Origin: an archaeon
GTDB lineage: Archaea; Nanobdellota; Nanobdellia; Pacearchaeales; GW2011-AR1
Length of the DNA: 51,841 nucleotides
Direction of reading: 5' to 3'
Assembly: GCA_043811855.1 (NCBI GenBank)
Contig: JBDRMT010000039.1
Location: 1 to 51,841, forward strand
Below are positions 1 to 8,825 of the stretch, one piece after another. Position 1 is the stretch's first letter, and each line of letters begins with the position of its first letter. The translations under genes were made by a program, and so were the position numbers. The notes below the pieces were generated by a model. That model did not search any database and was not told the origin of the DNA. It worked only from the letters and a program-made list of their open reading frames with translations.

Positions 1-147
1 GTTATCTAGTCTATTCATCCACCTTTGTAGTGTTCTAGGATTTACCTCATAATTATATTTAGCATATATTATCTTACTGCATTGAGAGTATGAATGTCCT
101 TTATTCTTTAACTTAAAGAATATCTTTCTTATTTCTTCCTTTTTCAT
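1..147 (-). CDS. IS transposase OrfA (HTH) N-terminal fragment, partial
   Basis: My own translation from the ATG (cat at 145-147) gives MKKEEIRKIFFKLKNKGHSYSQCSKIIYAKYNYEVNPRTLQRWMNRLDN. This aligns with the 37653-37868 product MKKEEIRKEFFKLRIKGHSYSQCRKILLALLSYEVNVRTLKRW. It is absent from the ORF track because it runs off the window. Confidence 0.6.
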   Translation of the reverse strand, partial: MKKEEIRKIFFKLKNKGHSYSQCSKIIYAKYNYEVNPRTLQRWMNRLDN

Positions 148-232
148 AGAAAAAAGAGACTATGTTATCACAAGTTTATTTAGGTGATAAAACATAAGTG
201 ATTACTTACGACATATGTCTGTGGATTCTACA
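1..232 (-). mobile_element. Partial IS element (orfA-proximal end), same family as the IS at 36988-37954; truncated by the window edge
   Basis: The minus-strand ORF fragment resembles OrfA of the complete IS. The terminal sequence cgacatatgtctgtggattctaca (209-232) parallels tgacatatgtcatggtcttacaca at the corresponding end of the other copy (37931-37954). Confidence 0.55.
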
Positions 233-916
233 TCACTTGTTATTAAGTCTTCCTTTTATATTGTAGATATGATGTTTTATATCCTCCCATCTTGGATTGA
301 CAATGCTCTTTTTTACATCTCCACCATATGAATAAAAATTATTAAAATGCCTCCAGTCTCTTTTATCCACTCCAATCTTCTGAAATAATATCAAGCTCTC
401 AATAGGCACATTGATCCTTTTATAATTCTTTTTGTTTGAATCAATCCATGAAACAACAGAGCTTATTGAAGGCATCCAAATATCATCAAAAAGCACATAG
501 CCTTTATCATCTAACAACAGGTCAATATAAAAGAAATCAACAAATATCTCATCAAACTTATGGCCCCCATCAATAAATGCAAAATCAATCTTTATCCCTT
601 TTTTATACAGTCCTGGAAGGACATTGTGTGAATGGTCTTGGAAAAAATTTATGTATTTGTCTAACTTTAGTTTTTTAAGATTTTTTATGCCAATACCCAT
701 GAAATTGCTCTTCTGACAGGGGTCAATTATAATATGGTTTTTTTTTGTCGTCGAGACTATATATGCAGCCGAACATCCATATGCAAAGCCCACCTCAAGC
801 GTTTGATTGATATTCTTGTCTGATAGAAAGTCATGGATGAATTTACCTTGTTTTTTTGAGATTGGAGTCTTGCTCTCAGGTATCTCTAATTGGTCATATA
901 TTTCATCCATTATCAA
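233..916 (-). CDS. Class I SAM-dependent methyltransferase (O-methyltransferase / Methyltransf_24-like)
   Basis: 227 aa. It has a Gly-rich motif I-like LEVGFAYGCSAAYI, an acidic FAFIDGGH and LFDDIW, a layout typical of small Rossmann-fold methyltransferases. It overlaps the upstream sulfotransferase gene by 14 nt. Confidence 0.6.
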   Translation of the reverse strand: MIMDEIYDQLEIPESKTPISKKQGKFIHDFLSDKNINQTLEVGFAYGCSAAYIVSTTKKNHIIIDPCQKSNFMGIGIKNLKKLKLDKYINFFQDHSHNVLPGLYKKGIKIDFAFIDGGHKFDEIFVDFFYIDLLLDDKGYVLFDDIWMPSISSVVSWIDSNKKNYKRINVPIESLILFQKIGVDKRDWRHFNNFYSYGGDVKKSIVNPRWEDIKHHIYNIKGRLNNK

Positions 917-1766
917 TCTTATTTTTTATAGAAATAAGTCTGCTTTTTAAATCATTTAGTTTATTATCAACATCTCTTTGATCAGAAGAAAATTTAAACA
1001 AGAATCCATTTTCATTGTTTCCTAGTTTTTCTTCAACAAATCCAATGTTAGGAATTTTTTTGTAAACTTCTTCATCATTTATTTTATTTTTATTATAATC
1101 TAGTATATCTTTTGTCTTTTTGAGAATCTTGGAGTCAGAGATAATATCTAGACCAATAAATTTTATTATATTGTTTATCATCTTTATCTGATTGTTTGAT
1201 TTTAACCTATAATCAAATAAGTCTTCATGATATAGGTTAAAGAAAGGGATATTATTTTGTTCTAGAAACCTTCTATAAAGATTAATTTTATTTTTATTAT
1301 AATTAATTATTTTTTTTAGGCTAATAATATCCATATTTTTAAACTTCATCTCTTTTATTTCTTCATTGTATTCTTTAAGATTTTCTCCTCTTGGATTCCA
1401 TATCCTTGTTTCTCTTGATAGATTTTCTGAAACAGCTGCCTTCAAAAGGTTCTTTCTTGTTAGGAATATTACCTTATAATCTACCTTAGATAACAGATAT
1501 TTGTATAGATTTTCCTGCAGATGATGAAAAAGTGTCTTTAATCCATTATAATCTTTATAGATTTCTTTCAAATACCATTCAAGCGATTCAATGTCTTTTA
1601 TATTCTTTATTTTTGGTATTAAATGCTGTTTATTCTTATGTTGATGTTCAGAATTAAAAGGCTCATTAATTATATTTATTTTTGGATGTTGGTTCAGAGA
1701 TAGTAATAATGAAGTGCTTCCGCTTCTTCCATGTGTGATAATAATTATTTTCTTATTTTTATCCAT
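903..1766 (-). CDS. Sulfotransferase (Stf0-like)
   Basis: 287 aa. The N-terminal IIIITHGRSGSTSLLLSL matches the RSGST PAPS 5'-phosphosulfate-binding loop of Stf0-type sulfotransferases. Confidence 0.55.
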   Translation of the reverse strand: MDKNKKIIIITHGRSGSTSLLLSLNQHPKINIINEPFNSEHQHKNKQHLIPKIKNIKDIESLEWYLKEIYKDYNGLKTLFHHLQENLYKYLLSKVDYKVIFLTRKNLLKAAVSENLSRETRIWNPRGENLKEYNEEIKEMKFKNMDIISLKKIINYNKNKINLYRRFLEQNNIPFFNLYHEDLFDYRLKSNNQIKMINNIIKFIGLDIISDSKILKKTKDILDYNKNKINDEEVYKKIPNIGFVEEKLGNNENGFLFKFSSDQRDVDNKLNDLKSRLISIKNKIDNG

Positions 1767-1845
1767 AACTTACTTTAATTTAGCTTATTTTTATATATTA
1801 TCATAGTATAATAAACAATAAATAAAGATTTTTTATCTAAAGAAT

Positions 1846-3696
1846 ATGAATTATAATGATGATTTGTTCAAAGAAGAAAAGATAAATGAAGATTTGATAC
1901 ATTTAAGTGTTAGACATCTTTATGGAATTGAAAAGGTAGAATTATCAGATGAAGAAGTCATTCTTCTTTGTTTGGTTAAAAATGGGGAAAAATATATTGA
2001 AGAGTTTATTACCTATTATTTAAAATTAGGAATTAAACATATGGTTTTTTTAGATAATGGAAGCTCTGATAAAACAATTGATTTAATCAAACAAATAGGA
2101 AAAGAAAGGGTTACAATTTTGCAGACTGATTTTTATTTTGGTGATAATAATGATATGAGGATGAGAGATTATCTTATTAATAGATTTGCTAAAAATAAGT
2201 GGAGTTTATGTCTTGATATTGATGAGTTTTTTGATTATCCTTATTCAGATTTTATAAGTCTAAAAAAACTTATTAAATATCTAAATGATAATAAATATAC
2301 CTCAGTTGTAACTCAGATGCTTGATATGTTTCCTGAAGAGATAGTTGATGGAAGAAAAAATAGGTTTATTAGGAAAGAACATAGATATTATGAAATATTT
2401 AATATAGAGAAGAAAGATTATTATTTTAATGATTTATTAAAAAAAAGAATTAAAAATAATATTAAGATACATCTTGGAGGGGTACGAAAGACTATTTTTA
2501 ATGTAAATCCTACTTTGACAAAACATGCACTTTTTTTTAATAATCAAATTACAAAGAGAGATAAGTTTGGCCATCTTTTAAACAAGGGAGCCATAGCAGA
2601 TTTTAGTGCTGTTTTATTACATTATAAGTTTACTGATGATTTTTTTGATTATGTCAAAGATGCTGTTGAAAAAGAATATCATTATGATAATTCTAGTGAA
2701 TATAAAGGTTATTATAAAAAATTAAAGTTTCGTAATTCATTAAAGTTGGTAAATGATAACTCTAAGGAATTAATCAGTGTTAAAGATTTGATTTTAAATG
2801 GTTTTTTAGTTGTTTCTGAAAGATATAAAGAGTTGATAAAAAATGAAGAATTAAACGCTCCTGATTCTTTGGAAGTTATTAATAAGATTTCTAATATTAA
2901 GGATTCTTATTTTTCATCTAAGGATGATGTTTCAGTTATAATTGGGGTAAGAAACAGGTTAGATTATAGATTGGAAAACGCATTCAAAACCCTTCGAAAT
3001 CAGGATTATAATCAGGATTTAATTAAAATATTACTTGTTGATTATGGTAGTAAAGGGGAATTTATTCCTAGTATGAAAAATCTTTCTAGAAAGTATAATG
3101 TATCTCATATAAGGGTTGATAATGTGGATGTGTGGAATAGATCTCATGCACTTAATATAGGAATTAAAATGGCTGAAACAAAATATGTATTATGCTCTGA
3201 TATTGATATTATATTTAGAAAAAATTTTATTAGTGAATGTGTTAAGGAATTAAAAAGATTTCCTAATCAGGTTTTGTTTTGTAGTATGAGACATCTTCTT
3301 TCTGAAAGAGTGTTAAGAGAGTTTGATGTTATTAAAGATTTTGATAAATTAATAAAGAGATCTGTTTTTCAAAATGTTGTTGAAAACTGTTATAGTTACA
3401 TTTATGGAAAGAGCATAATTTTTATTTTAAAGAAGTTCTTTTTTAAGATAAATGGGTATGATGAAAAATATTGTGCATGGGGGGCTGAAGATGATGATAT
3501 TATCAAAAGATTTGAAATGTTAGGTTTGTTTATAAAGAATATGGATGATAAAACATCTCATTTACATCAATGGCATCCAAAATATGAAGGATTGACCGAG
3601 GAGGATAAAGAGCAAATTAAGAATAATAGAAGATATTTAAAGGAAATAAATACTCTAAAGAGAAATAAAGAAGGTTGGGGGAGGATTGTGATATGA
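1846..3696 (+). CDS. Two-domain GT-A glycosyltransferase (N-terminal GT2-like domain plus C-terminal GT2 domain with beta-4-galactosyltransferase-like C-terminus)
   Basis: 616 aa. The N-terminal half has LCLVKNGEKYIEEF...FLDNGSSDKT...LDIDEF (DxD). The C-terminal half has VSVIIGVRNR...LVDYGS...CSDIDIIF (DxD) and ...GYDEKYCAWGAEDDD. Confidence 0.7.
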   Translation: MNYNDDLFKEEKINEDLIHLSVRHLYGIEKVELSDEEVILLCLVKNGEKYIEEFITYYLKLGIKHMVFLDNGSSDKTIDLIKQIGKERVTILQTDFYFGDNNDMRMRDYLINRFAKNKWSLCLDIDEFFDYPYSDFISLKKLIKYLNDNKYTSVVTQMLDMFPEEIVDGRKNRFIRKEHRYYEIFNIEKKDYYFNDLLKKRIKNNIKIHLGGVRKTIFNVNPTLTKHALFFNNQITKRDKFGHLLNKGAIADFSAVLLHYKFTDDFFDYVKDAVEKEYHYDNSSEYKGYYKKLKFRNSLKLVNDNSKELISVKDLILNGFLVVSERYKELIKNEELNAPDSLEVINKISNIKDSYFSSKDDVSVIIGVRNRLDYRLENAFKTLRNQDYNQDLIKILLVDYGSKGEFIPSMKNLSRKYNVSHIRVDNVDVWNRSHALNIGIKMAETKYVLCSDIDIIFRKNFISECVKELKRFPNQVLFCSMRHLLSERVLREFDVIKDFDKLIKRSVFQNVVENCYSYIYGKSIIFILKKFFFKINGYDEKYCAWGAEDDDIIKRFEMLGLFIKNMDDKTSHLHQWHPKYEGLTEEDKEQIKNNRRYLKEINTLKRNKEGWGRIVI

Positions 3697-4652
3697 TTCA
3701 ATTAAGGAATAAATTAGAAGAATTAAAAAGAGGATTTAATAAGAAATCAGATTTAGCAGTTGTTTCTTGTTATTTTAATCCATGCCATTACAAATCTAAA
3801 TTTGAAAATTATAAGATATTTAGAAAAGGAATTATAAGGACCGGAGTAAGATTCTTAACAGTTGAATTAGCTTTTGGAGATGAGGATTATGAATTAAGTG
3901 AGTTTCCAGAAGTTATTCAGTTAAGAACTGAAAAGGAAAATATTATGTGGCAAAAGGAAAGATTGCTTAATATTGGTATAATAAAGTTAATTGATGAAGG
4001 ATATGAGAAAATTGCATGGCTAGATGCAGATATTATTTTTGAAGATGATAAATGGGTTGAGGATTTATCAGAAGAATTGGATAGGTATTTAATTTGTCAG
4101 GTTTTTAGTGAAGTTTTTATAGAATCTTTATCAGGGGGTGAAAATCATCCAGGGTCTGTAAAAAACTATTATGATAATGGAACCTTAATAATTAATCATA
4201 CAAAACCAGGTGGGGGGTGGGCAGCAAGAGCAGAAGTTTTAAGAAGAGTTTTATTATTTGATCTAGCTATTATTGCTGGAGAGAATGATGTTTTAATGTT
4301 TTTTGGATGTTTTTATAATAATCCTAAACTTTTTTCAAACTTTAATAAATCAAATACCTTTAAGGTGTTTTATCCTAGTTTTTTGTCACATTACAAACAT
4401 TGGGCAAAGATATGGGGGTCATTGATAAACTGCAAGGTTGGATTTATTGATCATAAGGTAAGAGTATTATATCATGGAGAAAAAGAAAATAGGAAATATA
4501 ACTTGATTAGTAAACTTTATAAAAAATATGATTTTAAACCTTCTTCTGATTTAAAACTTAGTTCTAATCTTTCTTTTGAATGGGCAAGCAACAAACCTAA
4601 TTTTCATGAAGAAGTTAGGAATTATTTTTATTTAAGAAAAGAAGATAGTTAG
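3693..4652 (+). CDS. Putative GT-A fold glycosyltransferase / hypothetical protein
   Basis: The track ORF starts at a TTG at 3675. The ATG at 3693 forms an ATGA overlap with the upstream stop. VVSCYFNPCHY and WLDADIIFEDD (DxD-like) suggest a nucleotide-sugar transferase. The assignment is weak. Confidence 0.4.
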   Translation: MIQLRNKLEELKRGFNKKSDLAVVSCYFNPCHYKSKFENYKIFRKGIIRTGVRFLTVELAFGDEDYELSEFPEVIQLRTEKENIMWQKERLLNIGIIKLIDEGYEKIAWLDADIIFEDDKWVEDLSEELDRYLICQVFSEVFIESLSGGENHPGSVKNYYDNGTLIINHTKPGGGWAARAEVLRRVLLFDLAIIAGENDVLMFFGCFYNNPKLFSNFNKSNTFKVFYPSFLSHYKHWAKIWGSLINCKVGFIDHKVRVLYHGEKENRKYNLISKLYKKYDFKPSSDLKLSSNLSFEWASNKPNFHEEVRNYFYLRKEDS

Positions 4653-4691
4653 TTACTATAAACTTAAAAATCTAAAAGATTTTGAATAATA

Positions 4692-5468
4692 ATGAAATTA
4701 AGAGGGTATTTTCAACATTTAAAGAGTATTTTAGGTTTGGGTTTTCAGTTAGCAAAGGCTAATTTTAAATTAAGAAATGAAGGTAGTTATTTAGGTATTT
4801 TTTGGTATTTATTAGAACCTTTTTTATTGTTCTTAATTATACTTTTAATAAAAGCTACTTTTTCAATTGAAGGTATAGCAAATTACCCTTTATACTTGTT
4901 AATGGGTTTAATTATGTTTAATTTTTTTACAGGAATTACTTCAAAATGCACTAATCTGATAACTGCTAATTCTAGTTTTATTAAATCCATGAAAATTAAT
5001 TATGAATCTCTTGTTATTTCACAGGTTTTAGAAGGTGTTTTTGCTCATTTTTTTGAGATAATCTTATTTATATTATTTATGATTCTTTATAAATTATCTG
5101 TTATAGGTATTTTATTTTATCCTTTAATTTTTATTTTATTTTTCTTATTTGTCTTAGGAATAGGATTTATCTTATCCACAATTGGGGTTTATATTAATGA
5201 TTTGAACAATATATGGAGAGTTATAACAAGGTTCTTATTTTTTGCAACACCATTATTTTATGTTATTGCAGTCGGAAGTTTAATATATAAAGCAAATTTA
5301 GTTAATCCTATGTATTATTTTATAACTATTTCAAGAGATTTAATTATTTATAATAAAATTCCAGATTTATGGATGATTAGTGTTTTGATTGGGATTAGTT
5401 TGGTTACTTTTTTAGTCGGAGTTTATATTTTTGAAAAATTTAAATATAAGTTCCCAGAATTAGTATAA
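4692..5468 (+). CDS. ABC-2 type polysaccharide/teichoic-acid exporter permease (Wzm/TagG-like)
   Basis: 258 aa with about 6 hydrophobic segments. The N-terminal FKLRNEGSYLGIFWYLLEPFL is typical of ABC-2 permeases. It is coupled (TAATG) to the downstream ATPase. Confidence 0.75.
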   Translation: MKLRGYFQHLKSILGLGFQLAKANFKLRNEGSYLGIFWYLLEPFLLFLIILLIKATFSIEGIANYPLYLLMGLIMFNFFTGITSKCTNLITANSSFIKSMKINYESLVISQVLEGVFAHFFEIILFILFMILYKLSVIGILFYPLIFILFFLFVLGIGFILSTIGVYINDLNNIWRVITRFLFFATPLFYVIAVGSLIYKANLVNPMYYFITISRDLIIYNKIPDLWMISVLIGISLVTFLVGVYIFEKFKYKFPELV

Positions 5469-6220
5469 TGGAAGATGTAAGAATTAGATTAAAGGAAGTT
5501 GTAAAGGTTTTTGATTTAAATTCAAAAGCTAATAAAAGTGCATTAGAAAATACTTTGTCTTTTTTAGGAAAAAAAGAAAAAAATAAGTTTGTAGTTTTGA
5601 ATGACATAAATCTTGAAGTTAAACCTGGAGAAAATATTGGACTTATTGGTAAAAATGGTTCTGGAAAAAGTACTTTGTTGAGAGTTATTGCAGGAATCTA
5701 TAGGATTGATAAAGGAGAAGTTGAAGTTTCTGGTGAGTTAGTTTATTTAACTGGTTTTGGATATGGATTAAAACCTAAATTAACAATGACTGAAAATATT
5801 TTTTTAAGTGGTTCTTTAATGGGTTTAGGTCAGGACTCAATAAAACAGAGATTTGATGAGATTGTTGAATTTTCAGGATTAAAAGATTATTTAGATACAA
5901 AATTATTTAAATTTTCAACAGGGATGCAAATTAGATTGGCTAGTTCTATTGTATTACATTGTGTTGTTCATAGAAACCCAGATATTTTATTAATTGATGA
6001 AGTTCTTGGTGCTGGAGCAGATACTAATTATCAGGAAAAAGCACTGAGAAAAATGGAAGAGTTGTTAAAAGGTGGAGCAAGTGTTGTTTTTGTAAGTCAT
6101 AATTTAGAAGCAGTTAAAGAATATTGTGATAGAGTTATTTGGTTAGAAAAAGGAAAGGTTGTTATGGAAGGAAATCCAGAAGAAGTTACAGATGCTTATC
6201 TTAAATCAGTTAATGTTTAA
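5468..6220 (+). CDS. ABC exporter ATP-binding protein (Wzt/TagH-like, no C-terminal carbohydrate-binding extension)
   Basis: Walker A GKNGSGKST, signature FSTGMQIRLA, Walker B ILLIDEVL and H-loop FVSHN are present. The protein is only 250 aa. Confidence 0.85.
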   Translation: MEDVRIRLKEVVKVFDLNSKANKSALENTLSFLGKKEKNKFVVLNDINLEVKPGENIGLIGKNGSGKSTLLRVIAGIYRIDKGEVEVSGELVYLTGFGYGLKPKLTMTENIFLSGSLMGLGQDSIKQRFDEIVEFSGLKDYLDTKLFKFSTGMQIRLASSIVLHCVVHRNPDILLIDEVLGAGADTNYQEKALRKMEELLKGGASVVFVSHNLEAVKEYCDRVIWLEKGKVVMEGNPEEVTDAYLKSVNV

Positions 6221-7357
6221 TATTTTTTTATAATATTTTTCTTGTTGTTCTGTAATTTTATTCCAATCAAAATCTTTTGATTTTTCTAAGCCTTTTTTTG
6301 ATAAATTGCTTCTTAGTTTTTTATTTTTAAGTAAGGTTTTTATTGCTTGTGAAAAATCTTTTGGATTTGGCTTTACAACAAGTCCATTTATGTTGTTTTT
6401 AATATATTCTGTTGTATTGTTATATTTTGTTTTTGTAGTTATAATTGGAAGGCCTGCTGCATTTGCTTCAATGATTGTTAAAGGAAATCCTTCTAATCTA
6501 GATGGTAAGACAAATATTTTTGAAGATTTTAAATAAGCATATACTAGGTTTTTATTAGTTAAATTGCCTGTAAATTTAAAATTATCTTTTAAATTTAGTT
6601 TTTTTATTTTAGTTAATAATTTGTTTTTTTCATCTCCGTCTCCTATAATGCATATTTTTATTTTTGGAAATTGTTTTTTTGTTAAGTTTATTGAATCAAT
6701 GAGTAAGGAAAGGTTTTTTTGATAGCATAGCCTTCCTACAAAAATTAAGTCAAATTTTTCTTTTAGAGGTTTTGTTTTTTTTATTTCTTTTATATCTGCA
6801 CCATTATAAATAACTTGTATGTTTTTTTGTTTGATATTTCTTTTTATTAATTCATTTTTTACATGATTTGAAACTGCTAAATTATTTTTTGTTAGTTTTG
6901 TAGATGTTTTTTCAAGTATCATTGCTATTTTTCCTGTTCTTTTTCCTAAAGTATCTATTAGATAATCTCCAAAATATTGATGCCAAGTTAAAACTAAGGG
7001 TGTTTTTTTTATTAAAGATATGAACTTTGTTGAATAGCAGTTAAAAAAACTAAATGCTGCATTGTCAATTATATCATAATTGTTTTTTATTAGTTTAGGA
7101 AGTATTTTTATTGATATTTTTAAAGGATCTACAGGTTTTCTAGTTCCAGAAGAGTCATATAAACTTTTTGCTTCTGCTACTCCGTGTATTGTTACATTAT
7201 CTATTTTAATGTCATTAGGTCCTTTCCAGAGTTTTGCACCATAAATATGAACTTCATGACCTTTTTTTACTAGTCTTTTTGCTACTTCATGGTTTCTTAT
7301 TTCAGAACCCCCTAGTGTAAAAGGCCATATAGCATCGGTTGTTATTGCTATTTTCAT
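6206..7357 (-). CDS. GT-B glycosyltransferase, family 4 / group 1
   Basis: 383 aa. It has a C-terminal E-x7-E region, SRLEGFPLTIIEANAAGLPIITT, and an N-terminal TLGGSEIRNHEVAKRLVKKGHEV. Confidence 0.85.
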   Translation of the reverse strand: MKIAITTDAIWPFTLGGSEIRNHEVAKRLVKKGHEVHIYGAKLWKGPNDIKIDNVTIHGVAEAKSLYDSSGTRKPVDPLKISIKILPKLIKNNYDIIDNAAFSFFNCYSTKFISLIKKTPLVLTWHQYFGDYLIDTLGKRTGKIAMILEKTSTKLTKNNLAVSNHVKNELIKRNIKQKNIQVIYNGADIKEIKKTKPLKEKFDLIFVGRLCYQKNLSLLIDSINLTKKQFPKIKICIIGDGDEKNKLLTKIKKLNLKDNFKFTGNLTNKNLVYAYLKSSKIFVLPSRLEGFPLTIIEANAAGLPIITTKTKYNNTTEYIKNNINGLVVKPNPKDFSQAIKTLLKNKKLRSNLSKKGLEKSKDFDWNKITEQQEKYYKKILNIN

Positions 7358-7434
7358 TTTTCTTTAATCCAGGGAACCTAGGTTCCCTAGATGCAACCCT
7401 CCTAGATTTGCATATTTTTTCATTTTTCTTTAAT
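7351..7434. repeat. 18-bp direct repeat (ttttcatttttctttaat at 7351-7368 and 7417-7434) flanking a 48-bp segment with an 18-nt perfect palindrome (agggaacctaggttccct, 7371-7388) and a second short hairpin (atgcaa...ttgcat)
   Basis: Read directly from the sequence. Each repeat copy contains the ...AAAGAAAAATGAAAA junction, that is the stop of the GT2 gene and the start of the GT4 gene. Confidence 0.8.
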
Positions 7435-8598
7435 ACCTAATATACTTAGCATAAATGATGAGAAGATAGTTTGAATTCCAATTACTCCTAGAGTTAATCC
7501 AATAACTAGTGTTTTTATTTCATCTAAAGAACTAAAATCCAGGTTTATCCATTTAATTAAAACTGCAATGTAAATTATTGCACCAATTAAAGTTATTATT
7601 ATTCCTAGTATGCTTGCGTTTTTTATAGTTATATATTTAAAATATTTTTCTAAAGGTGATTTTTCATTTAAATGAGTTATTGCGTATGTTTTTGCAAATA
7701 TTGAAAATATGATTAATTGATAACCCACTATGACTAACATGGAAGATATAAATATAGGATGAGTGTAAAGAGTTATCCCAAATAATGTAGGGTTTTTAAT
7801 TGAAAATAAAATCATTGTTATTATTCCTATTAAGAATATAATAAATCCGGGAATAAAGAATAAAAATAAAGGAGAATAAAGCAGCATAAATCTTAAGTGT
7901 CTCCATCCATCTGCCATTGTGTTTAATTTTGATTTTCCAATTCTTGGATTGTAATGAATTGGAAGTTGTTTTATTTTTAAGTTATTTTTTAAAGCTTTAA
8001 TAACCATTTCAGATGCAAATTCCATTCCAACTGCTTGAAGTTTAAGTTTGTTAAGACAGCTGGTTTTAATTGCTCGCATTCCACAATGAGAATCTTTTAT
8101 TTTTGTTTTATAAAAAAGTCTTAAAAGCCAGGAAAGAAGAGGATTTCCTATATATTTATGAGACCAGGGCATTATATCTTTTTCTAGTTTGTATGCAAAC
8201 CTGTTACCAATAATAAAATCATAATCTTTTTTTAATTGATTTAGAAAATTAGGAATTTCAGCAAAATTATAAGTTCCATCACAATCTGCCATAAAAATGT
8301 AAGGTGATTTTACATGTTTAAATGCTTCAAGATAAGCATTTCCATAACCTACTTTATCATGTTTAATAATTTTAATATTTAATTGCCTTGGATGTTTTTT
8401 TGCAAACTCTCTTATTACTTCTATGCTATTATCTGTTGAAGAATCAGAGATTATTATTTCTGCATTTATGTTTTTTGAAGATAAGGTCTTGTTAATCTGG
8501 TCAAGAACATAAGGTAATGCTTTTTCTTCATTTCTGCATGGGAGAACTATTGATAATTCTAGTGGTTTAAAAAAGGTATTTTTAAGTAGATTTTCCAT
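7420..8598 (-). CDS. GT2 glycosyltransferase with C-terminal membrane domain (dolichyl/polyprenyl-phosphate sugar synthase-like)
   Basis: 392 aa. It has LSIVLPCRNEEKAL, ISDSSTDNS, ADCDGTY (DxD) and about 4 C-terminal TM helices. Confidence 0.8.
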   Translation of the reverse strand: MENLLKNTFFKPLELSIVLPCRNEEKALPYVLDQINKTLSSKNINAEIIISDSSTDNSIEVIREFAKKHPRQLNIKIIKHDKVGYGNAYLEAFKHVKSPYIFMADCDGTYNFAEIPNFLNQLKKDYDFIIGNRFAYKLEKDIMPWSHKYIGNPLLSWLLRLFYKTKIKDSHCGMRAIKTSCLNKLKLQAVGMEFASEMVIKALKNNLKIKQLPIHYNPRIGKSKLNTMADGWRHLRFMLLYSPLFLFFIPGFIIFLIGIITMILFSIKNPTLFGITLYTHPIFISSMLVIVGYQLIIFSIFAKTYAITHLNEKSPLEKYFKYITIKNASILGIIITLIGAIIYIAVLIKWINLDFSSLDEIKTLVIGLTLGVIGIQTIFSSFMLSILGIKEK

Positions 8599-8825
8599 TG
8601 ATTAGCAAGTTTTGACATATTTATAATATTTTGTGTGATTTTTGCACATAATTGTTACTAGTTATTTTTATCGTCGATAAAATGGATTTTAATATAGAAA
8701 ACTTTATAAAGGAAACTGCCTTGAAAATAGTAAGAATAGGTAGTTTCTGACCTAGAAAATTAATTAAAAATTGATGATAATTAGTCAGAACTATCAGATT
8801 TAAGAGTATGGGGAAAAGTGAATAA

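Noticed and set aside
6306-6536. 76-aa plus-strand ORF inside the GT4 gene
   Set aside because: It is antisense to a well-supported glycosyltransferase CDS and its product is a low-complexity F/L/I-rich sequence. This is a typical shadow ORF in AT-rich DNA.
8740-8800. Imperfect inverted repeat (ttctgac ... gtcagaa) upstream of the LAGLIDADG gene
   Set aside because: It has a 7-bp stem with a ~35-nt AT-rich loop, which is not distinguishable from chance in this composition.
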